Assembly: GCA_045578345.1 (NCBI GenBank)
Contig: JAZNKB010000007.1
Location: forward strand, 85,150 to 149,149
Length of the DNA: 64,000 nt
Direction of reading: 5' to 3'
From: Candidatus Onthoplasma sp.
GTDB lineage: Bacteria > Bacillota > Clostridia > Christensenellales > UBA1242
Part shown: piece after piece, positions 63,266 to 64,000 of the stretch
How positions within the stretch are numbered: the stretch's first letter is position 1
Layout of the letters: each line of letters starts with the position of its first letter
The notes under the pieces: generated by a model
The model's database searches: none
Seen by the model: only the letters and a program-made list of their open reading frames with translations
Told to the model about the DNA's origin: nothing
Program-made: the position numbers and the translations under genes

Positions 63266-63706
63266 ATGGCAAAGAAAGTTAAATCAATCGTTAACATTCA
63301 ACTTCCTGCTGCAAAAGCCACTGCTGGTCCGCCAGTTGGTTCATCTCTTGGACCTCACGGAATCAACATTGGAGCATTTGTTAAAGAATTTAACGACAAA
63401 ACTGCTAACCAAGTTGGATTCACAATCCCTTGTGTTATCACAATTTACGAAGACAGAAGTTTTGAATTCGTATTAAAACAACCACCAGTTGCTGATTTAC
63501 TCAGAAAAGAAGCTGGTATCGAAAAAGGTAGCGATAAGCCACCAAAAAACAAAGTTGGAAAAATTAATGTCGATCAATTAAAGAAAATTGCTGAAATGAA
63601 AATGCCTGACTTAACTGCTGCTAGCATGGAAGCTGCAATGAGCATGGTTGCTGGAACTGCAAGAAGTATGGGTATCGTTGTGGAGGGTTGGAATGAAAAG
63701 AAGTAA
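63266..63706 (+). CDS. rplK: 50S ribosomal protein L11
   Basis: [35 protein letters not shown]... RBS AAAGGAG. Confidence 0.95.
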   Translation: MAKKVKSIVNIQLPAAKATAGPPVGSSLGPHGINIGAFVKEFNDKTANQVGFTIPCVITIYEDRSFEFVLKQPPVADLLRKEAGIEKGSDKPPKNKVGKINVDQLKKIAEMKMPDLTAASMEAAMSMVAGTARSMGIVVEGWNEKK

Positions 63707-64000
63707 GAACTATCAAGAAAGTTTAAAGCTTATTGACAACTCAAAACTCTATGACGCTAAAGAAGCAATGGAATTAGTTGTTAATTCAAGCAAAGCAAAA
63801 TTTGATGAAACAGTTGAATTGCACGTTCGTCTTGGTGTTGATGGCCGTAATGCTGATCAACAAGTTCGTGGCGTTGTTGTTCTTCCTGAAGGAACTGGTA
63901 AAACTGTTAAAGTTTTAGTTGTTGCTAAAGGTGACAAAGCTGAAGAAGCAAGAAAAGCTGGTGCAGACGTTGTTGGTGATGATGACGTTGTTGCAAAGAT
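63693..64000 (+). CDS. rplA: 50S ribosomal protein L1 (3'-truncated by the window)
   Basis: Hand translation: [60 protein letters not shown]. Overlaps the rplK end by 14 nt. Confidence 0.9.
   Translation, partial: MKRSKNYQESLKLIDNSKLYDAKEAMELVVNSSKAKFDETVELHVRLGVDGRNADQQVRGVVVLPEGTGKTVKVLVVAKGDKAEEARKAGADVVGDDDVVAK

Noticed and set aside
1-64000. Searched by eye for CRISPR arrays, IS or transposase genes, integrases, prophage structural clusters, restriction-modification and known defence operons
   Set aside because: None found. The only phage-like signals are isolated fibre-like domains in two host-type genes.

Overview
Visibly AT-rich (about one-third G+C by eye) chromosomal segment from an endospore-forming Bacillota (Firmicutes) genome; I cannot assign a genus. 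About 55 protein genes, one tRNA, one T-box leader. No rRNA, CRISPR array, transposase, integrase or recognisable defence system.

Content by theme:
- Housekeeping: lysS, gpsA, hisS, pheST behind a T-box, tilS, rmuC, a 5'-3' exonuclease, and rpmG-secE-nusG ... rplK-rplA.
- Sporulation and germination, unusually dense: spo0A, veg, spoIIR, sleB-ypeB, a gerA-type receptor operon, spoIIE, a DUF3794/LysM protein and a PRC-barrel protein.
- Large envelope proteins: a ~2870-aa tail-anchored protein, a 1514-aa lipoprotein with a transglutaminase-like C-terminus, a TasA/camelysin-type protein fused to a phage-fibre-like C-terminus, a BspA-type LRR protein and a GLUG-repeat lipoprotein.

Observations most worth a second look:
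1. A family of ~83-nt two-hairpin repeats. Each of the three copies sits on a Shine-Dalgarno sequence and duplicates it; the hairpins show compensatory base changes.
2. A 59-nt tandem duplication starting exactly at the sleB stop codon, in a non-AT-rich sleB-ypeB spacer.
3. A promoter-bearing two-ORF cassette inserted between nusG and rplK.
4. A protein with a diadenylate-cyclase-like fold but non-canonical DGA/RHR motifs.
5. Identical 16-mers carrying perfect Spo0A boxes that bracket the LRR-VanW block.
6. Three candidate leaderless mRNAs.

All functional calls come from motif recognition by eye in the supplied translations. No database search was run.
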